Assembly (NCBI RefSeq): GCF_001194135.2
Contig: NC_068994.1
Location: 44,649,798-44,713,797 of the forward strand
Length of the DNA: 64,000 nt
Source: Octopus bimaculoides
Lineage: Eukaryota
Direction: 5' to 3'
Part shown: piece by piece, positions 23,285-35,469 of the stretch
Layout of the letters: every line of letters starts with the position of its first letter
How positions within the stretch are numbered: position 1 is the stretch's first letter
Notes under the pieces: model-generated
The model's input: only the letters and a program-made list of their open reading frames with translations
Databases searched by the model: none
Told to the model about the DNA's origin: nothing
Translations under genes and position numbers: made by a program

Positions 23285-23505
23285 AAGGCAGCAAACTGGC
23301 AGAATCATTAGCATGCTGGGTGAAATGCTTAGCGGCAATTCATCCGTCTGCATGTTCTGAGTTCAAATTCCACCAAGGTCGACTTTACCCTTTCGTCCTT
23401 TCGGGGTCGATAAAATAAGTACCAGTTGAGTACTGGCGGGTCGATGCAGTTGACTTAGCCCCTCCCTAAAATTGCTGGCTTTGTGCCAAAATTTGAAATC
23501 AGTAT
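23285..23505 (+). mobile_element. Family B SINE about 320 bp downstream of the ZNF-A stop
   Basis: aaggcagcaaactggcagaatc...gagttcaaattc...cctttcggggtcgataaaataagtaccag. Confidence 0.85.
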
Positions 23506-25264
23506 TTAGTTTCTCATTTTAGTCGATTAGATATCGTAGTTTGTATGCGACAACTTATAGAACATATTAAATGCTTTAGGTTTCATTAGTGCTACCACTT
23601 GTATATTTAGTATATCTATCATTATAATATAATATAATATACTATATATACTATATTTAGTATATCTATCATTATAATATAATATACTTAATGAAGAAAA
23701 ACCTGTCTGTGAAATTCTGTAATTCATTGAGATCCATTCTTCTATATCTTTATCGTATGTACCATAGCTCTCTGTACAAATGTGTTTTACCTTTTTACTA
23801 TGATTCAAGGTGTAACTGCTTCTGTCATACATTATCAGATATCAGATTCATTCATAACGATGAAAAGGTGGCTTGTAATCATTATGTATCCTGCAAAACT
23901 AATTTTTGTGCATAATCTTGTTTTCATTCTGATGTAAAATATACATCTTGCTTCAGTGACCGTAGCTCTTATGTAAAACATTGCCATCAACCATTAATGC
24001 ACATTTTTTGCCAGATTACTTTTATTTTTCCTATTTTTAGCTATTTTTGTTTCATTTTACATGGAAACTTGCACATCCATATCATAAAGTCGAAATTGAT
24101 ATTGTTTGCTATAATTTCTTCTCTAGGATGATTCAGACCTCAAATGACTTTCAGATTTCAAATTCAATCTTTTTTTAAACGTTTAAATAACAAGAAAGAA
24201 GAGAGATGAGAAAGGAAAATAAAGAATAGAAAAAAAGTGTTGGGAGGAAGCAGCAGAAGATGGAGGGGGCGATGGGCCACATACCCCAGAACAAATGGGA
24301 TGCTAATCCATGCCCCAATGAAATGACCGCAAGGATGTTGCTGCAGAGAATGGCTGGTGACACTCACTGGTGCAGCCACTCCACTTTGTGGGGTCATTTC
24401 TCCGACAGGTCGCCATCATCTTTATTTTGCTGAGGAAATCGGTAATATGGGGTCCCAGAACACCTGAGAGAAAACCTGACAAATTTGCAATTTTTGTCTC
24501 AAAACTAGTGCAACATCTTGAGCATGATATTAAGTTAATGATTATTGTTTTTGTTATTTTCTTTTTTTTTTTCTTTTTTTTATTGCATGTTACAATTTGC
24601 AGGAAGTAGTTGTTACTCATTAACAATATCTAAAGTCTATAAACATTAAGAATTTCATACTTCTCTTTGGAACTATTTAGTTCTAAGAGGCTGAAGGATC
24701 CTCCTTTTGTGATTTTTTATTTTTTTTTTATTTTTTTCATAACAAATTATTTGAATTTTTAACTGAGAATGTTTTGAAAATAAAGAGAAGAGTTCAACAC
24801 ATTCTTTTTTTTCATTTTATACTTTTTTAAATAAAACAAATAGCAGATTTTTAATATACACAAAATATGCTGCTTCATCAATGCCAAAGATTTTTAATTT
24901 TTTTTTTTTTTGTAGTTTATACAGTAAGATTGAAAATATTTTTCACTACATGAATAGACTCTAGTCACTCATTCTACCAAGATTCATTTTGAATAAATAA
25001 TATTATCACTAGAGTACCATTACAGCATGGGCTATTAATATTCATTTTATATCACTGGTGAAACTAAAACATTAGAGTAATTGTTAAGTGAAAACCTGAA
25101 ATAAAATTTCTGAAAAATACCGAACAAATCTTTCTGTTTCATTTGATAAACTACACTCGAAGTTGCTGTTGTTGTTGTTGGTGTTGGTGAATGTTCAATT
25201 TTTCAATATATGATAATAGCTTATTCACTAAAATCATAATTTACTTTCAGTCCATCCATAAGTG

Positions 25265-25573
25265 CAGGTGAGCTTGTGTAGTAAGAAGTTTGCTTCTCCG
25301 TCACATGGTTCTAGTTTCAGGCCCACCTTGGGCAAATGTCTTCTACCATAGCCTCAGGCTGACCAAAGCCTTGTAAGTGGATTTGATAGACAGAAAATGA
25401 AAGAATAAGGTGGCCAGCTGGCAGAAATGTTAGCACACCTGGCGAAATGCTTAGCGGTATTTCGTCTGCCGTTAGGTTCTGAGTTCAAATTCCGCCGAGG
25501 TCGACTTTGCCTTTCATCCTTTCGAGATTGATTAAATAAGTACCAGTTACGCACTGGGGTCGANNNNNNNNNN

Positions 25574-25607
<34 letters not shown>

Positions 25608-25820
25608 ACGCGCGCATATGTCTTTGTGTCTGTGTCCCCCATCATAACTAGACAATCAGTGTTGGTGTGTTTATGTCCCCATAACTTAGCGGTTTGGCAA
25701 AAAGAGACCAATAGAATAAGTACCAAACTTAGAAATAAAAAAATTAAGTACTGGCTTGATTTGTCCATCTTAAAATACTCCAAGGCAGGGCCTTAGGATG
25801 GCTGCACTTTAATGAACCAA
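25265..25820 (+). mobile_element. Composite C+E SINE interrupted by a nested family B SINE (25409-25562)
   Basis: C head 25265-25405, B copy, 10-N gap, (TG)n, then E tail 25620-25820. Confidence 0.7.
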
Positions 25821-27419
25821 GACAAAAGATTTTTCTTCAAAAATTCAGTTTAATGCTAACTGTACCATTTCAGCTTTTTGGAAGATTTTTCTCTCAACAC
25901 TTCTAAAAGATGGAATAAACTGGTATTTATTTTATTGATTATCCTCGTAATATACCAGAATATTTAGTAGCCAAAGATTTTCACTTGGTTTCACAATTTA
26001 TGACAAACCAGTTAGGTAATACTGGTTTGTGTTTTATAGACCAATCTTTTAAGCTTGGTTTGTTAAATCAATCAATAATACTAACCTATAGAAACGGTCA
26101 TAAAGTATGTTCACCTATAAACAACTTGAAAAGTAGATAACTTAAAAATCAGTATGAAATTATATTGAACTTATTTGAGACAGAAAGCAACAACAGATTA
26201 ACCAGCAACAATACAGTAAGTCATAACAGTCAACCCCTCCAGCATTCAAACCAGCCACATCTGGCCCATATATTCTACCTACTTTGTGTTAAAACTGGCC
26301 AGATCCAGCTTCTCATACAATAGAAATATGGTAACAAATTGATCAAGTTAAGGCCTTCATACTTAATGATGTAAGGAAATAATATCTAAATGATTAATAA
26401 TACTAATGTGATTCATTTGTTGTTACTTTTTTTTTTCCATGTTAACATAGGTTGGATGGTGCTTCTTGAAGCAGAAGCAGATTCTTCAGACAGAATGCCC
26501 TTGTGCTCAAATAATGTTCTTTATTCTACATGTTTTGTACCCTTAAACTGCTGAGCTACTGAACTTTGTGTTTATGTGGACAACTCAAGGCAAAAATAAA
26601 CATACATATGTTTCCTTTCTTTTTTTTTTTTTTTTACTTGTTTCAGTCATTTCACAGTAACCAAGCTGGGGCACTGCCTTGAGGGGTTTAGTCAAACAAA
26701 TCACCCCAACAACAACCCAAACCAGCACCACCAGTACTTATTTCTAACTCTGGTACTTATTCTGTCATTCTCTTTTGATGAACCACTAGGTTACAGCATG
26801 TAAACAAACCAACATTAGATTGTATACACCTGATAATCGCATGATTTCAAGTTCCCTCCCGATATGTGTTGCACTTTGGATGAATGTCTTCTACAATAGC
26901 CTCAAGATGACCAATACCTTGTAAGTGAAATTATATGTAAACCCATTCTGTGTGTGATGTGTGTGTGTGTGTGTGTTGGAATATGGACAGAATGGAACAC
27001 CACCCATTTATTTAATGATTTTTTTCCTATTAGTGATATGAGAAATTCAGAACTGTTCCAGTTTGTATATATGTGTTCATATACATTATATATGCCATGT
27101 ACTTCTTGATCAGTAGTAGGGGGAGCATCATAGCCATGTGTTGAGAGGAATTCTTTTGGGTTAATTCACCTTTGGAAACATGGGTGTTTTGTTCAACATT
27201 CTTAAACAACCCTTATTCAGGGACCTTTTGAGCAGGATAGGTTACTCGACCCGAAGAAAATTCTAATTGGGCCCCACCTGCAAGGTCATGCACTGTTAAT
27301 CTTGATATGAGATCACCATGTCGCACACATTATGGTTGTGATGCATGTACCTGGTGTACCCCTATCAGACGGGTAGTCATGATGGATATACTGGGATTCA
27401 TATAATGCTCCAATTATTA

Positions 27420-27640
27420 TTGAAAGGTGGTGAACATTGGAAATATGCTTTGCAGTATTTCATACTGAGTTCAAATCCTGCCAAAGTCTATTTTGCTTTT
27501 CACTCTTCTGAGGTTAATAAAATAAAATACCAGTTAGGTACTGGGTTTGATAGTATTGACTAATCCTTTCTCCTCAAAATTGCAGGCCTTGTGCCAAGAT
27601 TTGAAACCATTGTTATTATTAATATTATTATTATTATTAT
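27420..27640 (+). mobile_element. Family B SINE flanked by ATT repeats on both sides
   Basis: attattgaaaggtggtgaacattgg...gagttcaaatcc...ttgtgccaagatttgaaaccattgttattatt. Confidence 0.75.
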
Positions 27641-27775
27641 ATTTTACCTCTCAGAGCTCCCGGTATACTTGGGGTATTTGAGAGCTACCTTCTTTTGATT
27701 GTACGTCGCGTCTGGGTACAATATAAATAGCTTACCCCTACAAGATAATGTTATACTATATCTACCCTCTCACTC

Positions 27776-28108
27776 AAGACATATGGCTCAGTGGTTAGAG
27801 CGTCGAGCTTACGATCGCAAGGTCGTGAGTACAAATCCTTGACCGGGCTGCATGTTGTATTCCTGAGCAAGAGACTTTATTTCACATTGCTCCAATTCAC
27901 TTAGCTGTAGAAATGAGTTGCAACATCATTTGTGCCAAGCTGTATTGGCCTTTACCTTTCCCTTGGATAACACTGGTGGCATGGAGAGGAGAGACCGGTA
28001 TGCATGGGCGACTGCTGGTCTTCCATAAACAACCTTGCCTGGACTTCTGCCTCGGAGGGTAACTTTCTAGGTGCAATCCCATGGTCAGTCATGACCAAAG
28101 GGGGTCTC
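27776..28108 (+). mobile_element. Family F tRNA-derived SINE, full length
   Basis: tggctcagtggttagagcg A-box, gagtacaaatcc B-box, cctgagcaagagactttatttcacattgctcc central domain; related copies at about 52575-52790 (-) and 60200-60395 (-). Confidence 0.75.
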
Positions 28109-28116
28109 AGCATTAT

Positions 28117-28563
28117 TAGGGCAGTGAATTGGCAGAATTGTTAGAGCATCAGAAAAAATGCCTTGCAGTGTTTGTTTTGGGTTTAAATTCTGCTTAAGTC
28201 AACTTTGCTAATTATCCTTTCAGAGTCAATAAAATAAAGTACCGATCAAGTACTGGGGATGATCACATCGACTAATCCACTTTCCTCAAAATTGCTGGCC
28301 ATGTACCTAAATCAGATGTCTTTATTATAATCCTTTCTGTTATAGGCACAAGGCCTGAAGTTTTGATGGAAGGAGCTAGTTGATTACATTGGCTCCAGTG
28401 TTCAACTGGTATTTATTTTTTTGACCTCGAAAGGATAAACAGCATAGTCAACCCCAGCGAAATTTGAACTCCAAATGTAGAGATAGATGAAATGCAACTA
28501 AGCATTTTGTTCAGCATGCTAACAATTCTATCAGCTCGCTGCCTTACAAATCTTTATTATAAT
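28117..28563. mobile_element. Tail-to-tail inverted pair of family B SINEs
   Basis: Plus copy 28117-28320 and minus copy 28332-28546; the latter is flanked by a 13-bp TSD tctttattataat (28319-28331, 28551-28563). Confidence 0.8.
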
Positions 28564-29274
28564 AAGAACAATGATGATGTAATGACAGAAAATATAGAAT
28601 GTCAAAAAGCCTTTTTAATTCTTAATATATTTGGCAAATAAAGAAAAAGGTCTATTGAATACATATTTTATCAGAAATTTCTCATGATGGAAACTACATT
28701 AATTAAAACAGCAAATTTTAATCAGAAGGAACAATACAAACCAAACAAAAAACAAAAAAAAAAATAACAATCACATGAACCAAGCCTGCATTTTCTGTTA
28801 CCACATAATAACAATATTTTGAACAATGTTTCATGATTATGGGTCACCAAAATTTTAGTGATTTTGTTGAAAACTATCTTCAATGTGTTCAGTATTCCAC
28901 TGCAGAGGAAAAAAAGGGTCTCAGTATTTAACACATTTGAGAGTAATTTTACAAGTTTCCTATTTTTTTAGAGAGGGAAGCAGGCTGTTACTCTTTCACT
29001 CTCTCCTTTGCTCTGCTCTGTTCTCATTTCCAATAACAACATATACATTTAGTTCAAGTTATAACTGAATATATTTTGTCCTTTTCCTCCAGCTTAATCT
29101 TGAATATTATTTTAAAAGATTACCAATACTATATTATTCTTTGTTTGGAATGATGGATCTCAAAGCAGATGAAGCTATAAACAGTAGCATTGCAACATTA
29201 GATTTTAAAAAAACCTTGGATACAAAAAAAAAGTCAAAGACAACCTTTTCTGACCCAATATTTACATCTTTTAT

Positions 29275-29645
29275 CTCTACTTGTTTCAGTCATTAGACAG
29301 TGGCCATGCTGGGGCACCATCTTGAAGAATTTTTAGTTGAATGAATCAATGCCAGTACTTTTTTTTTTTAAAGCCTGGTACTTATTTTATTGGTTTCCCT
29401 TGTCGAAGTTACAGTGACATAAAGACATAAACACACCAACACTGGTTGTCAAACAATTGTGGAGGACAAACACAGACACGACACACACACACATGACAGA
29501 ATTCTTTCAGTTTCCGTCTACCAAATCCACTCAGAAGGCTTTGGTTGGCCTGAGGTTATAATAGAAGACATCTGTCCAAGGTGTCATGCAGTGGGACTGA
29601 ACCCGAACTACATGGTTGGGAAGCAAACTTCTCACCACACAACCA
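29275..29645 (-). mobile_element. Complete composite SINE: C head - (TG)n - E tail
   Basis: Head 29500-29645, CA run about 29470-29495, tail 29275-29470; the same organisation occurs at 53168-53490. Confidence 0.75.
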
Positions 29646-30851
29646 CACCTATGGCTATTTTTTATAGCTTTATCTGCTTTGAGTTCCACTGTTCCAAAAA
29701 AAGAATTATTCCATATTCTCTCCAAAATTTATAAGTGTTTATTACGTCAACAGTATTATTAAAAACGAGTTGCATTTCAATAGGGCACATTTCAATATAC
29801 CAGGTTTCTATTGTAAATGTAAATAAAGTGTATGATACATTAGTGTGATAACAATGAATTACAAAGATTCATGAATGTGCGACTAAAACTTTTTATTTAC
29901 TAACTATTCAAATAATCTCTCCTGTTTGTCCACCATTGTATCTATCCTTATTTTTACACAAAATTTATTTAGTATACCATTTTTTCGTGGCTTCAAGAGT
30001 CAACAGAAGGAAAGAACTGTTTTCTCTTGTGGTAACATTTCCAAGTGTTCCAATTAGCTAAGTAGTATACAACTCTATTGTTTATTATATTTTAGCTACG
30101 ATGATGACTTTTTCACTCACCGGGGAGGTAAAAAAGAAAAAAAAAGGAAAAAAAAAAAAATAGAAAGAAAAGAGACAGGTGATTTTTCTGTCAGGAGTTG
30201 CAACTAACAGATAGTATTCAGCAACTGACAATCTAAGAGTAACATAGTTTTCTTGGTTTGGTATGAAGATTGGTTGCAATGGAGATGATGATGATGATGA
30301 CTTTTAAAAACTATTTCTTTATTTAGTAAACTTACAGTGTAGACAGATATAAAGATGTGTAGGTGTGCTAGACATCCCATTCATATTACAAATTACAAAT
30401 ATTACATTCATATATCACATTCATATAACAAATGGGTTAACATGGGCTTGTATCTTGCTGTAAGTATTACTTGCATTTTTGAACAAGACTCTTTATTTGA
30501 CTTGCATTTGAGAAGTTGACGTACAACAAATAAGATTCCTCTTGAAATTGTAACATAGTTGTGTGTGTGAGTGTGTGTGTGCACTGTTGTGTGTGTATTC
30601 CTATCCAAAATAGGGATTTGTTTCTCAACTGCTTGATACTTGAGGAATTAGTGGCAAATGGTGCAAAGTAACCGATGAAGAAAAAAGACATGACAGCTTG
30701 CAGGTTTTCATTTCGGGTCACACATTTTTTTTTTTTAATTTTAAGTGCATTGTTAAAGCTTTTATGAAAGGCCTCAACATAACACAAATTCATCTCACCC
30801 CTCACCCTCAAAATTATGAGGTGTTAAAAACTATCATATAAACTATATCAT

Positions 30852-31113
30852 GGCACTTTATCGGTTACAACGACGAGGGTTCCAGTTGATTCGATCAACG
30901 GAACAGCCTGCACATGAAATTAACGTGCAAGTGGCTGAGCACTCCACAGACACGTGTACTCTTAACGTAGTCCTCAGGGAGATTCAGCGTGACACAAAGT
31001 GTGATAAGGCTGGCCCCTTTGAAATACAGGTACAACAGAAACAGGAAGAAAGAGTGAGAGAAAGTTGTGGTGAAAGAATACAGCAGGGTTCGCCACCACC
31101 CCCTGTCGGAGCC
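30852..31113 (-). mobile_element. 5'-truncated family A SINE abutting a family D element
   Basis: Matches 14707-14880 and 56236-56500. Confidence 0.85.
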
Positions 31114-31612
31114 TTGTTGGGGCAAGTGAAATCGAAATTGAACCAAATTCGATGACTGGCACCCATGCCAGTTGAGTGCTAACAGCACCATCCGAGCAGG
31201 ATCACTGCCAGAGCAGCTGTCTGGCTTCTGTGCCGNNNNNNNNNNNNNNNNNNNNNNNNNNNNNNNNNNNNNNNNNNNNNNNNNNNNNNNNNNNNNNTGT
31301 CAACTTACTGGCACGTGAACAAAACATTCGAGCGAGGTTGTTGCCAGTGCCACTGGACTGACTCCTGTGCAGGTGGCACGTAAAAAACACCATTTGAGCG
31401 TGTCTGTTGCCAGTACTGCCAGACTGGCCCTCATGCTGGTAGCACATAAAGGCACCCACTACACTCTCGGAGTGGTTGGCATTAAGAAGGGCATCCAACT
31501 GTAGAAACTCTGCCAAATCAGATTGGAGCCTGGTGTAGCCACCTGGTTAGTCAGTCCTCAGTCAAATCGTCCAACCCATGCTAGCATGGAAAGCGGACGT
31601 TAAATGATTATA
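31114..31612 (+). mobile_element. Family D retroposon (longest copy, contains an N-gap)
   Basis: Two full and one partial ~65-bp internal repeats plus the RTE-type tail ggcattaagaagggcatccaactgtagaaac...ggacgttaaatgat. Confidence 0.8.
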
Positions 31613-31900
31613 ATGGAATAATTACTATGAAGCACTGTACATCAGCAAGATCCATCGATTTATTGAAAACCCGAAATATTGAATAAAGGTAAGTCTACAC
31701 TAATTCACATATTTGTTTTCTTGTGATTTACCTTGCATTTACTTCACATTGTTTTGGCCTTACCCACGATCCTTTATACAATATATATATATTTATATAT
31801 ATATATATTTATATATATATATATATATGTGCACTAATATCAAAAAGTGAGAATGAGTGCTAACACCACAATGGGGGGAAATATTCTTTATTTTTCGGTC

Positions 31901-32056
31901 AATTAGGCTACCATCTGTTTCATGTTAAGAGATATATATCTCTCAGCAATTATCTCCATCCAAAATGGAGACAAACAACAACATTCCATGTGACAGGCTG
32001 GATAATTGTTAAAGGATATATCTTTCTCTTAACATGAAACCAATGGTAGCCTGATT
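31901..32056. repeat. MITE-like ~55-bp inverted repeat with a ~45-nt loop
   Basis: aattaggctaccatctgtttcatgttaagag..aattatc (31901-31954) pairs with gataattg..ctcttaacatgaaaccaatggtagcctgatt (32001-32056). Confidence 0.8.
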
Positions 32057-33033
32057 AACTCACAACTAAGTACACACATATAAAGTATGTATGTATGATG
32101 TATGCATGCATGCATCCCTGCATGTATGTATGTATGTATATGAAGTAAAAGTTATATTTAGTTTAAGTGGAAACTTCAAACACATGAAAGCTGAAGTTAA
32201 AACTTTTATAGCAAAAAAGAAAAACAAAAAAAACTTGCATTAAATTTGGTATTTCTAAATGAAAAGAAGTAGCTAACTTTATTAATAAGTATTTTCCTCA
32301 TCAAGTCACACAAACCCATTTCAGAACTGTCTTTCACCTACAAAGCTCATCAAGTCACAATTCTGAGGAAATTTAGACTTCTATCAGTTTGATATGTAAT
32401 TAAAACCTGATATTAATAAATAAATTTATATTTTCTTGATATTATTTGCTACATTTGTATTTTATCTTTGGGTAGAGGGAAGAGACATAGCTATCGTACT
32501 CTACTTATGTAACCAAGAAATATATGGCAGCTATCATTTTATAGTCACAATTACAATTTGCTGCTAAAGCTCTAATACGTTTTAGAGTGGAGCAAAATGA
32601 CTGAGATTTGTTTTCTAAGACTGAAATCTAATTAGGTTAACAAAGTTATTTGAAATAATTTGATTACAGCATATAAAATCAAATTTGAGACAAATGAAAT
32701 GAGTGAAAGAAACTTGTAGGTATCACAAGTTTTCTTTAGCACTTTCAGATGTAACAAAACAAGTTTGTTGCAGACAAATCTAATAACACTTTCAGAGTAA
32801 GGTTTGCAATTACTGCTATTAGAAGATTAGACGTAAATGAATGCATTATAAACTATGATAAAATTAGATGTTTGTAAAAAGAGTTTTGTAGGAAAATGTA
32901 AACATAATTTAGTGAATACATAAATTACACTTTTACATTGAAAGGCAATTTCTATTATGAAGCATCTGAACAATATAAAGTGTACGCATGGAAATATGGT
33001 TTGTTCCAGTACATATAGAGAATAGGTTACAAG

Positions 33034-35211
33034 TTAAATAGTTCTTTGAACAGAATCTTGAGAGTTCAAAGCTAATTCTTTTGTTTTATTCTGTTTCTGT
33101 TCATGAGCAAGAGGCCCAGGCACATTGTGCCAAGATGAAGACGACATTGGTCCCATAGGGAAACCGCGAGGCCATAAATAGTTATTCTCCCAGTTAGGAG
33201 GAATCTCATGGAGATACGATGCTGCCATCCAAGAAGAAGACACTGAAGATGGTGGTAGCCTCATGGAAGCAGTCATCTGTGATTCTAATCGACGTCGTTC
33301 CTCCATCATAGCTGAAGGGTGGTGGTGATGGTGGTGATGATGATGGCGATGACGATGAAAAGAACGGTCTTGGTTCGGGTTGTTATTACTATTGGAATCA
33401 TTGTTAGTCGATTCTTCATTACTACTGCTCACTGGTACAGAACTGTTATATTTACTAGACATGGAGATTTGTTTGTGAGAAGAGAAAGAAGAATCCTTGT
33501 CAATATTGCAATTATATGGTTGTTTTCCATGAACACTTTTGATACTATTTTGCTTCTCAGAAAGAGTTTTATTACAAGACATAGTTTCACATTCAGAGTT
33601 AATGTTTACAGAACTAGTGCTGGTGTGAGTGCGTATATGATTATTTAAATTACCTCTTTGGGAAAAAGCTTTTCCACACAGATTACAAGAATAAGGTTTT
33701 TCGCCAGTGTGTATTCGCATATGCGTCTTCAAGTTACCTTGCTGACTGAATGATTTGGAACATATTGTACACTGAAAGGGTTTCTCCCCAGAATGGACCC
33801 GTTCATGATTGTTCAAGTGAATTTGTAAAGTGAAAGCTTTGGGGCAATAAGAACATTTGAATAACTCTCCAGTATGAATTCGTTTGTGATTGTCAAGATT
33901 TGTCTTTTGACTAAACGTTTTACCACACTCCATACAGGTAAAGGGCCGAACTCCTGTATGTATTCGCATATGAATACTAAGGTTCCCAAGTTGACTGAAA
34001 GATTTTGGACAAAAATTACACTGGTAGGGCTTTTCTCCAGTGTGAACTCTCTCATGGTTCTTTAAAGCGGTTTGCTGGCTAAAAGACTTTGAACAAAAAG
34101 AGCAAGTGAAGGGCCTCTCTCCAGTATGAATGCGTTCATGATTTCGAAGATTAATCTGTTGATAGAAGGCTTTTGGACAAAATGAACATTTAAATAACTC
34201 ACCAGTATGAATACGCCTATGACTATCTAAATTAGTCCTTTGGCTAAAGGCTTTCCCACAATCGGAACATTTATATGGTTTTTCTCCTGAATGGGTTCTT
34301 AAATGAATGCTGAGGTTACCAAGTTGTGAGAAAGATTTATCACAAACAGTACAATGGTAAGGACGTTGGCCTGTGTGGATCCGTTCATGGTTTTTTAAAG
34401 CAGTTTGTTGACTGAAAGGACGACTACAAACCGAGCATTGATATGGTTTCTCTCCTGTGTGAATCCGTTCATGATTACGTAAATTAATTTCCAATGTGAA
34501 TTCTTTAGAACATGTAGTACAAGTAAAGAGATCTCCCGTGTGGATGCGTTTATGACTGTCTAGATTAACTTTCTGAGTAAAAGTGCGATCACATGAATCA
34601 CAAGAGTAAGGACGATTACCAGAGTGTGTTCTCATATGAGTATTCAAATTACCTTGCTGGCTGAAGGCTTTAGGGCAAACATTACAAAGGAAGGGCTTTT
34701 CCCCAGAATGAATTCTCTGATGATTACGTAGGTTAACTTGTTGACTAAATGTTTTATCACAATCATTACAATTGAAAGGTTTTTCACCGGTATGAACTCG
34801 TTCATGGTTCTTCACAAAGATTTGCTGCGAGAAAGCTTTTTCACAGTAGCTGCAATAATAATGCTTGTCCCCTGATGCGGAACGCTCATGATTATCAAGA
34901 TTAACTCTGCGTGCAAAACCTTTTCTACATATTTCACATTTGAAAGGTTTTTCTTGAGATGAATGGATTTTAAGGTTCTCAGGTTGAGATTTTGAATTTT
35001 TATTTTCTAAACTTGGCAATGATTGCAGATTGGAATGAGAATGTTGGTCATTTTGAAAAAAACCTTGATTTTGGAGTTCAAAATTTAAATGGTTTCCTAC
35101 AGGATACATCGGTTGGATTGGATACATAGTATTGTTCTTTGGTAGAAATATGGCATCAGTGATTATCAGTTTTTCTTCTCTTTTATCATTAATGTGTGTT
35201 TCAGGTGACAT
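33034..35211 (-). CDS. C2H2 zinc-finger protein ZNF-B, 725 aa, 16 fingers (first lacks its second His), Ser/Asn-rich and poly-His C-terminal region
   Basis: Open frame; first ATG at 35211-35209 (the track start at 35244 is TTG, with an in-frame TAA at 35250-35248); finger array 34938-33625. Confidence 0.95.
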   Translation of the reverse strand: MSPETHINDKREEKLIITDAIFLPKNNTMYPIQPMYPVGNHLNFELQNQGFFQNDQHSHSNLQSLPSLENKNSKSQPENLKIHSSQEKPFKCEICRKGFARRVNLDNHERSASGDKHYYCSYCEKAFSQQIFVKNHERVHTGEKPFNCNDCDKTFSQQVNLRNHQRIHSGEKPFLCNVCPKAFSQQGNLNTHMRTHSGNRPYSCDSCDRTFTQKVNLDSHKRIHTGDLFTCTTCSKEFTLEINLRNHERIHTGEKPYQCSVCSRPFSQQTALKNHERIHTGQRPYHCTVCDKSFSQLGNLSIHLRTHSGEKPYKCSDCGKAFSQRTNLDSHRRIHTGELFKCSFCPKAFYQQINLRNHERIHTGERPFTCSFCSKSFSQQTALKNHERVHTGEKPYQCNFCPKSFSQLGNLSIHMRIHTGVRPFTCMECGKTFSQKTNLDNHKRIHTGELFKCSYCPKAFTLQIHLNNHERVHSGEKPFQCTICSKSFSQQGNLKTHMRIHTGEKPYSCNLCGKAFSQRGNLNNHIRTHTSTSSVNINSECETMSCNKTLSEKQNSIKSVHGKQPYNCNIDKDSSFSSHKQISMSSKYNSSVPVSSSNEESTNNDSNSNNNPNQDRSFHRHRHHHHHHHHHPSAMMEERRRLESQMTASMRLPPSSVSSSWMAASYLHEIPPNWENNYLWPRGFPMGPMSSSSWHNVPGPLAHEQKQNKTKELALNSQDSVQRTI

Positions 35212-35281
35212 TAATATAAATCCAGTTAATATTACTCCAACCAATATTTACTATCCAGTCAGAACTTGTTGCAGCAGTAAG

Positions 35282-35300
35282 CTGAAAATATATTAAGGTA
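35282..35300 (-). promoter_or_regulatory. Probable 3' splice acceptor for the ZNF-B coding exon
   Basis: Minus strand ccttaatatattttcAG|cttactgc, with AG at 35283-35282, 70 nt before the ATG. Confidence 0.6.
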
Positions 35301-35469
35301 TAATTTCATATTAATAATTTGGATAGATTACGAAGATATATAAAAAGAAATTTTTTATATACATGGTTGAGAACCACTTGTTTAGAATCATAACCATTTC
35401 ATTATTGGAATCTTAACCATTCCATATTTAATCTGATCTGTTTACTTTAAATATTGAAGCATAGGAATA

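Noticed and set aside
25409-25500. Family B SINE head with ~19 extra nt between A and B boxes, considered as derived from an intron-containing pre-tRNA
   Set aside because: No similarity to the tRNA-Met intron; more simply explained by a class II (Ser/Leu-like, long variable arm) tRNA ancestor.
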